Assembly: GCA_037481835.1 (NCBI GenBank)
Contig: JBBFKW010000022.1
Coordinates: 1 to 33,885 of the forward strand
From: Desulfosoma sp.
GTDB taxonomy: Bacteria > Desulfobacterota > Syntrophobacteria > Syntrophobacterales > DSM-9756
Direction: 5' to 3'
Length of the DNA: 33,885 nt
Numbering within the stretch: position 1 is the stretch's first letter; every line of letters starts with the position of its first letter. The notes below the pieces were generated by a model, which did not search any database, was not told the DNA's origin, and saw only the letters and a list, made by a program, of their open reading frames with translations. The translations under genes and the position numbers were made by a program. Shown one piece after another: positions 19,647-29,931 of this stretch.

Positions 19647-20201
19647 TCAAAGACCCAAATCGGACGCAATGCCCGCCATTGCCGTCAAACTCAGGGCGAT
19701 GAACTCATCCAGCGGCACATCGATCCTTTCGCACAGCCGGATGTGATCCCGGTTGACGGATCGGGCGAAATCCTTGCTCTTCATCCGTTTCTTGACCGAT
19801 TTGACTTCCACGGCCGCGATTCTTTTTTCCGGATGGACCAAAGCCGCCGCCACCAAGAGGCCCGTTATGGTTTCCGCGCAGGTCAGAGCGTAATCCAAGC
19901 GGGTCACCCGTTCCAGGCCAAGGGCTTCGGCGTTGTGGCGCACGATGGCGTCCTTCACCTCGTCCGGGCAATCGGTGCCGTCCAAAAGTTCCAGCGTTTT
20001 CTTGCCGTGTTGTTCCGGAGTGTCCTTGGTGAGCTCGTAGTCCAGATCGTGGAGGAGGCCGGCCACGGCCCAGGTTTCTTCATCTTCCCCGAAACGCCGG
20101 GCCAGCTCCCGCATAATGGCCTGTGTCGCCAGGCAATGCTTCTTGAGAGTGTCCGTGTGGATATGCCTGTTGAGGAGTGAGAAGGCTTGATCGTACGTCA
20201 T
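19647..20201 (-). CDS. HD (HDIG-type) domain phosphohydrolase
   Basis: KKHCLAT, AGLLHDLDYE, HG, AIVRHN, KDFARSVNRD. Confidence 0.88.
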   Translation of the reverse strand: MTYDQAFSLLNRHIHTDTLKKHCLATQAIMRELARRFGEDEETWAVAGLLHDLDYELTKDTPEQHGKKTLELLDGTDCPDEVKDAIVRHNAEALGLERVTRLDYALTCAETITGLLVAAALVHPEKRIAAVEVKSVKKRMKSKDFARSVNRDHIRLCERIDVPLDEFIALSLTAMAGIASDLGL

Positions 20202-20225
20202 GGGTCGGTCCGAACCACAACCGGG

Positions 20226-20555
20226 TTAGGCCGCCCGGCGTGTCTTTTTCTTGAGGTTGCTGATGCGGCGGCGGAAAGCATCCACCAGCTTGTTGTTGCC
20301 CGCTTCCTTGGCTTCATCCCTTTTGCGGCGCAGTTCGCGGATCTTGGCCTTGAGGGCCCGCACATCCACCGCCTTTTGCTTGGCGGTCTGATCCACGATG
20401 CCCTTGGCTTCCTTGATGGCGGCGATGAGTTCGGCCTTGTTCATGGCGTGAACCCCCACGATCCCTTCCAGGGTGAGGGCCAATTCGCGCAATTCCTTGG
20501 CCGTCATTTTATCCAGAGGTTTTTCCTTCGCCTGCTTTTCCTTCTTCTTACCCAT
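20226..20555 (-). CDS. Small basic Rho N-terminal-domain protein
   Basis: [14 protein letters not shown]...[15 protein letters not shown] plus a Lys/Arg-rich coiled coil. Confidence 0.75.
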   Translation of the reverse strand: MGKKKEKQAKEKPLDKMTAKELRELALTLEGIVGVHAMNKAELIAAIKEAKGIVDQTAKQKAVDVRALKAKIRELRRKRDEAKEAGNNKLVDAFRRRISNLKKKTRRAA

Positions 20556-21336
20556 TGTCCGACTCCTTCTTCGCTTTCACCGTCGTCGCTGCCGTTTCCG
20601 AGAGAAATGGCCTGATCAGGTCAATGGGAACGGGAAAAATCGTGGTGGAATTGTTCTCCGAAGCGATTTCCCGCAACGTCTGCAAGTACCGAAGCTGCAT
20701 GGCCATGGGGTTTTCCTGAATGATCTGAGCGGCTTCCCGAAGCCGATCCGCCGCCTGGAATTCCCCTTCAGCATGGATCACCTTGGCCCGCCGCTCTCGT
20801 TCGGCTTCGGCCTGCCGGGCCATGGCCCGCTGCATCTCCTGCGGCAAATCGATGTGCTTCAGTTCCACCACCGTGACCTTGATGCCCCACGGGTCCGTGT
20901 GCCGATCCAGGATGTCCTGAAGATGGGCGTTGATCTTTTCCCGTTCGGCCAAGAGTTCGTCCAGTTCCGCCTGGCCGCACACGCTGCGCAGCGTGGTCTG
21001 GGCCAGCTGGCTCGTGGCGTAGAGGTAATTTTCCACGGAAATGACCGCCTTGACAGGATCCACCACCCGGAAATAGATGACCGCGTTGACCTTCACCGAC
21101 ACATTGTCCCGGGTGATCACATCCTGGGGCGGCACATCCGCCGCCACCAACCGCAGACTCACCTTCTGCATGCGATCGATCACGGGGATCAGCAGGATCA
21201 GCCCCGGTCCCTTGGCGGCAATAACGCGTCCCAGCCGGAAGACCACGCCCCGTTCGTATTCGTTGAGGACACGGATGGCGTTGGCGAGAAAAAGCACCAC
21301 CAGGACGACCACGGTCGCCAGACCGTAAAGGGACAT
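20548..21336 (-). CDS. Slipin / SPFH (stomatin-like) protein
   Basis: [58 protein letters not shown] before ATG 21336. Confidence 0.93.
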   Translation of the reverse strand: MSLYGLATVVVLVVLFLANAIRVLNEYERGVVFRLGRVIAAKGPGLILLIPVIDRMQKVSLRLVAADVPPQDVITRDNVSVKVNAVIYFRVVDPVKAVISVENYLYATSQLAQTTLRSVCGQAELDELLAEREKINAHLQDILDRHTDPWGIKVTVVELKHIDLPQEMQRAMARQAEAERERRAKVIHAEGEFQAADRLREAAQIIQENPMAMQLRYLQTLREIASENNSTTIFPVPIDLIRPFLSETAATTVKAKKESDNG

Positions 21337-21389
21337 AAAAGCCTCCGATATTTCAAGGAAAATCAAACCCATGCCCGGGGCAGCGGTCC

Positions 21390-22736
21390 CTATTTATCAT
21401 TGATCCTCGTGACGTGCAACTTCAAATTCCGGACGGAAACCACGCGCACGCGTTCCCCTTGCGGGATGGGCTCATCGCTTTCCGCGTTCCACAGTTCCCC
21501 CTGGACGAAGACCTTGCCTTCGGGATTGAGGGCCTGGGTGACCACGCCTTCCGCCCCCACCAGCGCTTCCAGGCCCACCTGAGGCCGCCGCATCTGGGCT
21601 CGAAACGCCAAGGCGGCCACCCCGGCGAAGAAGGCGGACACGGTGACCACCGTGGGGATGAAAACGGGCAGGGCCACGCGGAAGGGTTGGCCCGGCACGT
21701 GGAAGAGCATGAGGGATCCCAGGATGAGGGAAAGGGTTCCGGCCAGGCTCAACATGCCGTAGCTGGCCACTTTGATTTCCAGGATGAAAAAGATCACGGC
21801 AAGGAGGATCAGAATGAACCCGGCGTAATTCACGGGGATGGTCTGCATGGCGTAAAAAGCCAGCACCAGGCTGATGGCGCCGATGACGCCGGGAAGCACC
21901 ACCCCGGGTTGGGACAGTTCGAAATACAGGCCCGCCAGGCCGATCATCAGCAGGATGTATGCGATGTTGGGGTTACTGATGGCGCGAAGGACCTTGTGAC
22001 GCCAGCCGGGTTCGATGACCTGGACGGCCTTGCCGTGGGTGCGCAAGGTGCGCTGGTACCCTTTGCGGTGCACTTCCCAGCCGTCCAGGTGGTTCAGGAG
22101 ATCCGGAAGGTCTTGAGCCACCAGGTCGATGACGTTTTGGGCGAAAGCCTCTTCGGCCGTGGCCGACACGCTCTTGCGCACCGCCTCTTCAAGCCATTTG
22201 GCGTTTCGCCCTCGTTCCTCGGCGAGGCTCTTGACGAAGGCCACCAGGTCGTTGACCACCTTTTCGTTCATGGTTTCGGGCACATCTCCGCCCGTGGCGG
22301 TCACAGGATGGGCGGCCCCGATGTTCGTCCCCGGGGCCATGGCCGCCACGTCCGCCGCAGCCGTGATGAAAACGCCTGCGGACGCCGCCTGGGCGCCGCT
22401 GGGGGAGACGAAGACGACCACGGGAATCTTGGCGTTCATCATGGCTTTGACGATCCCGCGCATGGCCGTAACCAATCCCCCCGGCGTGTCCAATTCGATG
22501 ATGAGGCATTCGGCGGTGGCTTCTTCGGCTTTTTCAATGGCGTACTCGATGAAATCCTGAAGGCCGGGATTGATCGTGTCATGAACGTGCACGAGGTAGA
22601 TGGGCCGCTCCTCGGCCGCCTCAGACGTTGCGGCCGAAGCCCAGGCCCCGCTGCACGCGATGAGGGCTGCACACATGAACCCCATGGCGATCACCCCCAC
22701 GGGGCGGGATCGCCGAACACGGAAAAACACGGTCAT
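21390..22736 (-). CDS. nfeD: NfeD membrane-bound serine protease (long form)
   Basis: [26 protein letters not shown] region, C-terminal OB fold [12 protein letters not shown]; next to slipin. Confidence 0.93.
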   Translation of the reverse strand: MTVFFRVRRSRPVGVIAMGFMCAALIACSGAWASAATSEAAEERPIYLVHVHDTINPGLQDFIEYAIEKAEEATAECLIIELDTPGGLVTAMRGIVKAMMNAKIPVVVFVSPSGAQAASAGVFITAAADVAAMAPGTNIGAAHPVTATGGDVPETMNEKVVNDLVAFVKSLAEERGRNAKWLEEAVRKSVSATAEEAFAQNVIDLVAQDLPDLLNHLDGWEVHRKGYQRTLRTHGKAVQVIEPGWRHKVLRAISNPNIAYILLMIGLAGLYFELSQPGVVLPGVIGAISLVLAFYAMQTIPVNYAGFILILLAVIFFILEIKVASYGMLSLAGTLSLILGSLMLFHVPGQPFRVALPVFIPTVVTVSAFFAGVAALAFRAQMRRPQVGLEALVGAEGVVTQALNPEGKVFVQGELWNAESDEPIPQGERVRVVSVRNLKLHVTRINDK

Positions 22737-22750
22737 GGAGATTCTCCTCT

Positions 22751-22868
22751 GAGCTTGTCCGAGAATGGCATATTCCTGGGAGCGCGGGCGTCTCGCCCGC
22801 TTCTCGTGCGGGCCGGAGGCCCGCGCTCCCAGGAGAAGAGGCCTTCGGGTTCATTCTCAGACAGCCTC
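22751..22868. mobile_element. MITE-like 118-bp unit carrying a REP-like doublet
   Basis: 17-bp imperfect TIRs GAGCTTGTCCGAGAATG / CATTCTCAGACAGCCTC (14/17 match); flanking CTCT repeat; internal CCTGGGAGCGCGGGC...GCCCGCGCTCCCAGG at 22775-22833. Confidence 0.6.
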
Positions 22869-23030
22869 CTCTGAGGCTTTCCCTCTCTTTTCCTGTGGCG
22901 TCCGCGCGGCCTCCGCCGCGATAACCCCTCAGATCGACAGGAACGGATGCGTTCGCCGATCGGGCCGGCGCCAAGGCGGCTTCACCACCAACTTCATCAT
23001 CCGTCGGGGTGCCGCGGGACGGCCTTGTCC

Positions 23031-23969
23031 TCACCCATGCAACACCGCCATGACGTCCAGGAGATCCTTCCACGTTTCGGCTTTCTTGGCGCTGTTGCGC
23101 AGCAAATAGGCCGGATGATACGTGGCGATCAAGGGGATGCCGCGCCACAGGTGGATCTTTCGCCGAAGCTCCCCGATGGGGGCCGTGGTTCTCAAAAGCG
23201 TCTGGGTCGCGCAGGCTCCCAAAGTACAAATAACCTGAGGCCGTATGGCTTCCAACTGGCGGATGAGAAAAGGGGAGCAGGCGCGGATTTCTTCGGGTTC
23301 GGGCACCCGGTTTCCCGGCGGCCGGCATTTGACCACGTTGCAGATGTAAACCTCTTCGCGCTGCAGCCCGATGGCTCGGATCATCTTGTTGAGGAGTTGG
23401 CCTGCTTGGCCCACGAAAGGGCGCCCCAGCCGGTCTTCGTCGGCGCCCGGCCCTTCGCCCACGAAGACGAGCCGGGCCGCAGGGTTGCCTTCGCCGAAGA
23501 CGATGTGTGTGCGGTTGCGGTGGAGCGGGCAACGGCGGCAATCGCCCAGATCGTGGCGGATGATTTCCAGGAGGCGGGCGGGGGATTCGGTGGCCCCCTC
23601 ACCCCGGCCCTCTCCCCCTAAAGGGGGAGAGGGGGATGGAGGTACGCGGGGGGAGAGTTCCGGTTTGTGGGGTCGGCCTTCGGCCCCCTCACCCCGACCC
23701 TCTCCCCCTGGAGGGGGAGAGGGGGATGGAGGTACGTGGGGGGAGAGTTCCGGTTTGTGGGGTCGGCCTTCGGCCCCCTCACCCCACCCCTCTCCCCCTA
23801 AAGGGGGAGAGGGGGGTGCTGGGGGAGAGGAAGTGTCCGGGGGAAGGGGGGTCGGCGGCTTGGACCGATGGACGTCCCGAAGTCCCCACAGGCGCAACTG
23901 GGAAAGGAGCGCGCGGAGGTTTTCCACGATTTCGCGGAATTCGGCGTTTTCCGAGGCACTGTGCGTCAT
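23031..23969 (-). CDS. Uracil-DNA glycosylase family 4 (Fe-S) with a repeat-derived Pro/Gly linker
   Basis: CRRCPL, VFGEG, VGEGPG, PFVGQAG, NVVKCRPPGNR, TYHPAYLLR. Confidence 0.93.
   Translation of the reverse strand: MTHSASENAEFREIVENLRALLSQLRLWGLRDVHRSKPPTPLPPDTSSPPAPPSPPLGGEGWGEGAEGRPHKPELSPHVPPSPSPPPGGEGRGEGAEGRPHKPELSPRVPPSPSPPLGGEGRGEGATESPARLLEIIRHDLGDCRRCPLHRNRTHIVFGEGNPAARLVFVGEGPGADEDRLGRPFVGQAGQLLNKMIRAIGLQREEVYICNVVKCRPPGNRVPEPEEIRACSPFLIRQLEAIRPQVICTLGACATQTLLRTTAPIGELRRKIHLWRGIPLIATYHPAYLLRNSAKKAETWKDLLDVMAVLHG
23592..23815. repeat. 90-bp tandem repeat (x2.5) with three palindromic elements, in frame in the UDG gene
   Basis: Units start at 23592, 23682 and 23772; each contains CCCCCTCACCCCNNCCCTCTCCCCCT-NN-AGGGGGAGAGGGGG. 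Confidence 0.95.
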
Positions 23970-24038
23970 GGGATCAACCGTGGAAGAAAGGCTCGCCCCC
24001 GCCAGGGGGAAGAGGGGCGGGCTGAAGGGGATGCTCCC

Positions 24039-25265
24039 CTACCGGGAACCCGACCCGGGATTCTCCGGCCTCATCAAGGCTTCGATGCGATCCAGGATCC
24101 GCCGGGCGGTCTCTTCCTTGGACAGGCATGGCAAGGGTTCCACGCCGCCGGAGCGATCCAGGATTTTCACCACGTTCGTGTCGCAGCGAAATCCTGCGCC
24201 GGGTTGCGTGAGGTCGTTGGCCACGATGAGGTCCAGGTTTTTTTTGCGGAGCTTTTCCGCGGCGTTTTCCAGGAGCTGTTCCGTTTCGGCGGCGAATCCC
24301 ACGAGGATCCTCCCGGGGCGTTTTTCGGCGCCGAGTCCCGCCAAAATATCGGGGTTGCGCACCAGCCGGATGACGAGATCGTCGTCCGCCTTCTTGATTT
24401 TTTGCGGGGCTGCTTCTTCAGGGCGATAGTCGCTGACGGCAGCCGCCATGATGACGGCCTGAGCGTCCCGGGCCAGCGCCTTGACGGCTCGCTCCATGTC
24501 CCGCGCCGTGGTCACGCGATGCGTAGTCACGAGAGGAGGATCGGCCAGGGTTGTCGGGCCGGTGACCAAATCCACATGGGCCCCGCGCCGGGAGGCTTCC
24601 AGGGCCAAAGCGAAGCCCATCTTCCCCGACGACGGGTTGGTGATGAACCGCACCGGATCGAAAGGTTCCCACGTGGGCCCGGCGCTGACGACGATCCGAG
24701 TGCCGGAAAGGGTCTGCGGGGTCAGGGCCCGGCAGACCGCGTCCACAATGAGGGACAGATCGGCGAGACGCCCCTGGCCTTCTTCGCCGCATGCCAGAGA
24801 GCCCGACTCGGGTTCGACCACAGCGACGCCGCGCCGCCTGAGCACGCTCAGGTTGTCCTGGGTGGCGGCATGAGCGTACATTTTGGCGTTCATGGCGGGA
24901 CAGACGATGACGGGAGCTTCCGTGGCCAAGAGCACCGTGGTGAGGTAATCGTCGGCGATGCCCGCGGCCATCTTGGCCAAGATGTTGGCCGTGGCCGGCG
25001 CCACGATCACGGCGTCGGCGGATCGGGCGGCCTGAATGTGGCCGATTTCCGACTCCAGCCCCAAGTCGAAGAGATCGGTGAGCACCGGTCGGCCCGACAG
25101 GGCTTGCAGTGTCAAAGGCGTGATGAATTGCTGGGCGGCCCGGGTCATGACGACTTGGACGCCGGCTCCCGATTTCACGAGCAGGCGCACCAGTTCGGCG
25201 GCCTTGTAGGCGGCGATGCCGCCGGTTACGCCCACGAGCAGGGTTTTTCCGCGCAGTCTTTCCAT
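24039..25265 (-). CDS. coaBC: Phosphopantothenoylcysteine decarboxylase/ligase
   Basis: GVTGGIAAYKA, APATAN, PAMN, LACGEEGQGRL, DPVRFITNPSSGKMG, GFAAET. Confidence 0.97.
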   Translation of the reverse strand: MERLRGKTLLVGVTGGIAAYKAAELVRLLVKSGAGVQVVMTRAAQQFITPLTLQALSGRPVLTDLFDLGLESEIGHIQAARSADAVIVAPATANILAKMAAGIADDYLTTVLLATEAPVIVCPAMNAKMYAHAATQDNLSVLRRRGVAVVEPESGSLACGEEGQGRLADLSLIVDAVCRALTPQTLSGTRIVVSAGPTWEPFDPVRFITNPSSGKMGFALALEASRRGAHVDLVTGPTTLADPPLVTTHRVTTARDMERAVKALARDAQAVIMAAAVSDYRPEEAAPQKIKKADDDLVIRLVRNPDILAGLGAEKRPGRILVGFAAETEQLLENAAEKLRKKNLDLIVANDLTQPGAGFRCDTNVVKILDRSGGVEPLPCLSKEETARRILDRIEALMRPENPGSGSR

Positions 25266-25271
25266 GGGGGG

Positions 25272-25811
25272 TCACGGAAGGTTTCGGGACTTGATGGAAG
25301 AGCCTTCGGCCCGTTGCACATCCGTTCCTGATTCCAAAGCGCCGGAACGCGTTCCCGCTGCCGTCGGCACCACGTAAAGTTCCACGTATGTGTAGTAGCT
25401 GGACTCGCGGATACTGATGATGCAGAACCGGTCGGGTTTTTCGAACAGGAGGACCGACTTTCGATACCGGATGTCTCCGCGGTGTTTCCAGTTTTCTCGA
25501 GCCAGCGCCACCATGAAGAAGTTGACCACCGAACTGGGTTCCACACGCCCTTTGAATGTGAGCATGCCCCCTTTGACGGCGCCGCCCTGAAACACTGTGG
25601 ATTCTTTGGTCACCAGAGACAGTTCGCTGGGGATGGGAATATCCTGAAAGTCATAGAAACTCGGGGTGGCGGCTGCGGTCGTCGCCGCAGGCTGGGCGGC
25701 AGATCCCGTCCCGGGCGAGGGGGATGTGTTGAACCAGGCGCACCCGCCAAGGGACACCATGAACGCGCCCGCCATCATGAGCCTTCCCGCCGATAGCCAT
25801 CGTCGTCGCAT
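25272..25811 (-). CDS. Putative lipoprotein of unknown function
   Basis: Signal peptide with lipobox LGGC; FQDIPIPSEL. Confidence 0.75.
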   Translation of the reverse strand: MRRRWLSAGRLMMAGAFMVSLGGCAWFNTSPSPGTGSAAQPAATTAAATPSFYDFQDIPIPSELSLVTKESTVFQGGAVKGGMLTFKGRVEPSSVVNFFMVALARENWKHRGDIRYRKSVLLFEKPDRFCIISIRESSYYTYVELYVVPTAAGTRSGALESGTDVQRAEGSSIKSRNLP

Positions 25812-25844
25812 GAGCCGCCTCCTCTTGTGCCTTGTGCCTCACGG

Positions 25845-26474
25845 TCAAAAGAAAGGATTGGTTCGCTTTTCCCTTCCCACGGTCGTCTCCGGCCCGTGGC
25901 CCGGCAGGACCCGTGTGGCGTCGTCCAGGGTGAAGATCTTTTCCTTCACGGATCGGATGAGCTTGGGATAGGACCCGCCGGGAAAATCGGTGCGTCCGAT
26001 GGATCCGGCGAACAGGGTATCCCCCACGAAAAGGATGCCGGCATCGGCCATGTGAAAGGCCACATGACCTGGGGTGTGGCCCGGCGTTTCCAACACCGTG
26101 AGCCGGATATTGCCGAAGCTGAGTTCTTCGCCGTCTTCCAGCCACTCGTCCACTTTGCCCTGGGGTGAGCGCGCCGTGGCCGTAAAGAGGGCCCCCAGCC
26201 CCACCTTGTGGTCCATGAGCAGGGGTTCGTCCTTGGGATGGAGAAAGATGAGACCGCCCAAGGCTTCCTTGAGGGTCCAGGCGTCCAGAACGTGATCGAA
26301 GTGGCCATGGGTGTTCAGGACGGCCACCAGTTCCAAGCCCAGCTGTCGGATCCGTCCGATGATTCGGGACGCATCGCCCCCCGGGTCGATGACCACCACC
26401 TGGCGGGTCTCTTCGTCCCCCAGGAGATAGCAATTGGTTTGCAGCATGCCCACAACGAGCTGTTCCAGGATCAT
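25845..26474 (-). CDS. MBL-fold metallo-hydrolase (glyoxalase II / YcbL-like)
   Basis: TNCY, IDPG, THGHFDH, TPGHTPG, GDTLFAGSIGRTD, PGHG. Confidence 0.92.
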   Translation of the reverse strand: MILEQLVVGMLQTNCYLLGDEETRQVVVIDPGGDASRIIGRIRQLGLELVAVLNTHGHFDHVLDAWTLKEALGGLIFLHPKDEPLLMDHKVGLGALFTATARSPQGKVDEWLEDGEELSFGNIRLTVLETPGHTPGHVAFHMADAGILFVGDTLFAGSIGRTDFPGGSYPKLIRSVKEKIFTLDDATRVLPGHGPETTVGREKRTNPFF

Positions 26475-26557
26475 GAGAGCTCCTCGGTATCGGGCGGATC
26501 CGTCGCGGGGAAGCCCGCTCCTGCGGAACGGAAGTGGAAGAGCCGGCGACGCTCCCT

Positions 26558-27082
26558 TTATCGTTCGAAGACGATGAGTTCTTCCACGGGACGGCGATGG
26601 GATTGTTGCTTGCGATGGGCCGGGTGGCCCAGAGCGATCACGGCCATGAGTTCCAAGCGCTCGGGAAGGCCCAAGCGGTCCCGCACGGCATCCTTGTTTT
26701 TCAATATTTCACCGATCCACACCGCCCCGAGGCCCAGAGCGTGGGCGGCCAAAAGAAAATTCTGAATGGCCGCGCCCACGGCCTGGCAGTCTTTGACGTA
26801 ATCGTAAGACGTTTCCTTGTCGAGAAAAACCGGGACGAGCACGGCGGCGGCTTTGAGGGTGGCGCTGTAGCGCGTCAGGCTCGCAAGGCTTTCTTTGACC
26901 GCCGGGTCCCACACGACGGCGAAGCGCCACGGCTGATTGTTCAAGCCCGAGGGAGCCCACGAGGCGGCGCGCAGCAGTTCCATGACGGTTTGTCGATCCA
27001 CGGGGGCATCACTGAAATGGCGCACACTGCGCCTTTCGTAAATCGCCGTGAGCACATCGGGAAGGGACGGGTCTTTTTCCAT
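26558..27082 (-). CDS. Nitroreductase family protein
   Basis: RRSVRHF, APSGLNNQPWRF, QNFLLAAHALGLGAVW. Confidence 0.92.
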   Translation of the reverse strand: MEKDPSLPDVLTAIYERRSVRHFSDAPVDRQTVMELLRAASWAPSGLNNQPWRFAVVWDPAVKESLASLTRYSATLKAAAVLVPVFLDKETSYDYVKDCQAVGAAIQNFLLAAHALGLGAVWIGEILKNKDAVRDRLGLPERLELMAVIALGHPAHRKQQSHRRPVEELIVFER

Positions 27083-27279
27083 GAAAGCTCCTTGAGCCGG
27101 CTGATTCTATCGTCGGAAGCGTTTGGCTTTATGGCTTGCGTTTTCCGAAACGGCACACCAATATATTCGCAACGAACGGAGCGGGTCAAGGAAAGCCGTG
27201 ATCGGCTTTTGCAGGGTTATCCCGTGCCGGGGGGCTGGCCGTGCCTGAAAGGCCGGAAGGATCGAGAAGGGAAGGAAAG

Positions 27280-27591
27280 GTGCCGTTGACGGTGTCGTGG
27301 GAAGAAGGCGGATCGGTTCGGATTTCTTGTGACGGGGTCTTGGATCGGGATACGGTGCCGGATCTGAGCCGAAGGCTTTTTCGCGATGTGCTGAAGAAAC
27401 GGCCGAGGCATCTACGACTGGATCTTTCGGCCGTGGAGCGCATGGACACGGCCGGATTGGCCTTTGTCTTGGAGCTGCGGAACGCCCTTAAGAGCCAAGG
27501 GGCCGGGTTTCGCCTGGAGGGGGTCACGGATTCCATACGGCGGCTTGTGGCTTTGGCCCGATTGGAAAACCTCCTGTTCGAAAATTCCTAG
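27280..27591 (+). CDS. STAS domain protein (MlaB-like)
   Basis: LDLSAVERMDTAGLA; first gene of the mla operon; start approximate. Confidence 0.75.
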   Translation: MPLTVSWEEGGSVRISCDGVLDRDTVPDLSRRLFRDVLKKRPRHLRLDLSAVERMDTAGLAFVLELRNALKSQGAGFRLEGVTDSIRRLVALARLENLLFENS

Positions 27592-27685
27592 AGGCAAGGA
27601 AGGTGGACTGTGCGGGAGGAACGGCGAATCAAGCGGGCCTTCCAGGCCATGCGGCCGTGAGGGTCGAGCTGCGGGGATGTTCCTC

Positions 27686-28519
27686 ATGAACGACAGAGGC
27701 GGCCCAAAGGTTTTCACGGATGGGATCATCGAGGTGAAAAACCTCAGCAGCGGCTACGGCCGGCTGCAGATCCTCCATGACGTCACCTTCGCCATCCCGT
27801 CGGGCAAAGTCACCGTGATCATGGGAGTGAGCGGCTGCGGCAAAAGCACGCTCCTCAGGCACCTCATCGGCCTCAAAAACACCCCGCCGGGCCACGTGTT
27901 CGTGGACGGGTCCGACATGGCCCTTTTCGGCCCTCAGGAATGGATGACGTACCGAAAGCGCATCGGGGTGCTCTTCCAGGGCGGAGCCCTTTTCAGTTCC
28001 CTGTCGGTTCGGGACAACCTGGCCGTCCCGCTCAGGGTGCACACCCGCCTTGCCGAAACGACCATCCGCATCATTGCGGACATCAAGCTCCACCAGGTGG
28101 GGCTTACGGAATTCGGGGATTTCATGCCGTCCCAGCTGAGCGGGGGGATGCGCAAGCGGGCAGGGTTGGCTCGGGCCATGGTCATGGACCCGGAAATCCT
28201 TTTCGTGGATGAACCGTCGTCGGGCTTGGACCCCATCACTGCCGCAGGGCTGGATGAGCTCCTCGTGGACCTCAAGGACGCCATGGGCATGACCCTCGTT
28301 GTGGTCACCCACGAATTGGAAAGCGCCTTCCGCATTGCGGACCAAGTCGTGGTCTTGGATGCCGGGAGGGTCCTGGCGGCCGGCTCCCCCGAAGCGGTGC
28401 GTTCCAGCCCGGACCCCAGGGTCCGTCAATTCCTGGAACGGCGGGCGGATGAGCGGACGGTGGACCAAGAGCGCTACGAAAAGCGCCTAACGGGGGTCGG
28501 AGTCAAGAGGCGGGCATAG
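27686..28519 (+). CDS. mlaF: MlaF-like ABC ATPase
   Basis: GVSGCGKST, LFQGGALF, LSGGMRKRAGLARA, DEPSSGLDP, VTHEL; start approximate. Confidence 0.88.
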   Translation: MNDRGGPKVFTDGIIEVKNLSSGYGRLQILHDVTFAIPSGKVTVIMGVSGCGKSTLLRHLIGLKNTPPGHVFVDGSDMALFGPQEWMTYRKRIGVLFQGGALFSSLSVRDNLAVPLRVHTRLAETTIRIIADIKLHQVGLTEFGDFMPSQLSGGMRKRAGLARAMVMDPEILFVDEPSSGLDPITAAGLDELLVDLKDAMGMTLVVVTHELESAFRIADQVVVLDAGRVLAAGSPEAVRSSPDPRVRQFLERRADERTVDQERYEKRLTGVGVKRRA

Positions 28520-28528
28520 GAGCGAAAC

Positions 28529-29323
28529 GTGTCGGGAGTGTTGACTTTCTTGGATCGCGTGGGCCGCTGGGGCCTGAACCACGTGCGGGGCACGGGACGA
28601 TCCGGCATCTTCCTCTATGACGCCCTGCGCGGCGTTTTTCGTCCGCCTCGGAAATTCCATGCCGTGATCCGGCACGTGTATTTCATCGGAACAAAATCGT
28701 TTTTTGTCATAGGCTTTACGGCCGCCTTTACCGGCATGGTCCTGGGCTTGCAGGGCTATTACTCCTTGTCCAAGTTCGGCTCGGAAGGGGCTCTGGGGGC
28801 TGCCGTGGCGCTGAGCCTCATTCGTGAGCTGGGACCGGTCCTTTCGGCCCTCATGGTCACGGGGCGCGCCGGATCGGCCATCTGCGCGGAAATCGGCATC
28901 ATGCGCATTGAGGAGCAAATCGACGCCCTGGAATGCATGGCCATCGATCCCCATGCCTACTTGGTCTCGCCGCGGTTCGTGGCCTCCCTCATCGCCCTGC
29001 CGCTGCTCACCGCCTTTTTCGATGGGGTGGGCATCATCGGCGGCTACCTCGTGGGCGTGTCCCTCTTGGGCGTCAACCCCGGCGCCTACCTGGACGGCAT
29101 GGAAAAATCCGTGGAATGGGTCGATGTGTCCATGGGGATTGTCAAATCGTTCCTTTTTGCCGTGCTCTTCATTTGGATTTGCACCTACAAGGGGTTTTAC
29201 GCCGGAGTGGACGAGGGCCGTTTCGGGCCGGAAGATGTGAGCCGAGCCACGACGGACGCGGTGGTGCTTTCCTCGGTGGCCATTTTGGTGAGTGACTACG
29301 TGGCGACCTCGCTGCTGCTCTAA
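28529..29323 (+). CDS. mlaE: MlaE lipid-asymmetry ABC permease
   Basis: FTGMVLGLQ, RELGPV, GRAGSA..AEIGIMRIEEQIDAL, ATTDAVV. Confidence 0.93.
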   Translation: MSGVLTFLDRVGRWGLNHVRGTGRSGIFLYDALRGVFRPPRKFHAVIRHVYFIGTKSFFVIGFTAAFTGMVLGLQGYYSLSKFGSEGALGAAVALSLIRELGPVLSALMVTGRAGSAICAEIGIMRIEEQIDALECMAIDPHAYLVSPRFVASLIALPLLTAFFDGVGIIGGYLVGVSLLGVNPGAYLDGMEKSVEWVDVSMGIVKSFLFAVLFIWICTYKGFYAGVDEGRFGPEDVSRATTDAVVLSSVAILVSDYVATSLLL

Positions 29324-29393
29324 GAGGACGCCGAAGCGGCGGGACATCTTCAGCATGGGGGCGGGGAGCCGAAACGCGCATGGAGAGGTGTCG

Positions 29394-29849
29394 ATGAATC
29401 GCCAATCGTGGACGGTGGAAACGGGCGTCGGCCTTTTTATTCTCATCGGGTTGGTGTGTGTGGCCTATTTATCCCTCAAGCTCGGTGATGTGCGGTTGCT
29501 GGGCGGCAATGAATACACGGTCTACGCCAAGTTTTCCAATGTCTCGGGCCTTAAGAAAAAGGCTGCCGTCACCATGGCGGGCGTGGAAATCGGCCGGGTG
29601 GAAGAGATCCGGCTTGAGGACGGTGCCGCCGTGGTGGCCATGCGCATCGCCAAGAACGTCAAGCTTGAGGAAGACGTCATCGCCAGCATCAAGACCATGG
29701 GGATTATCGGCGACAAGTACATTGCCGTGAGTGCCGGGGCTTCCGAGCAATGGATTGCCCCCGGCGGCTGGATCAGGGAAACCCAGCCGCCTTTGGACGT
29801 GGAGGAGTTGGTGGGGAAGTTCGTTTTCGGAACGATGGAAAAGAAATAG
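29394..29849 (+). CDS. mlaD: MlaD (MCE domain) protein
   Basis: ETGVGLF, FSNVSGLK, AGVEIGRV, ASIKTMGIIGDKYI; SD GGAGAGG. Confidence 0.92.
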   Translation: MNRQSWTVETGVGLFILIGLVCVAYLSLKLGDVRLLGGNEYTVYAKFSNVSGLKKKAAVTMAGVEIGRVEEIRLEDGAAVVAMRIAKNVKLEEDVIASIKTMGIIGDKYIAVSAGASEQWIAPGGWIRETQPPLDVEELVGKFVFGTMEKK

Positions 29850-29867
29850 CCATCCAACGGGGAAAAA

Positions 29868-29902
29868 GAAAAAGCCGGCACGGTGAAAACGCCGGCTTTT
29901 TC
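29868..29902. terminator. Bidirectional intrinsic terminator
   Basis: GAAAAAGCCGGC / GCCGGCTTTTTC inverted repeat between convergent genes. Confidence 0.8.
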
Positions 29903-29931
29903 ATGAAAACCAAAGAGAGGAGTGCAGGGAC

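Noticed and set aside
22890..22925. Possible fifth, degenerate CACCGCAGAG head on the minus strand
   Set aside because: Too many mismatches and no conserved-loop hairpin follows; not counted.
23592..23815. Possible CRISPR array (also 15948-16074)
   Set aside because: The intervening sequences are near-identical rather than unique spacers, and there are no cas genes; these are tandem repeats.
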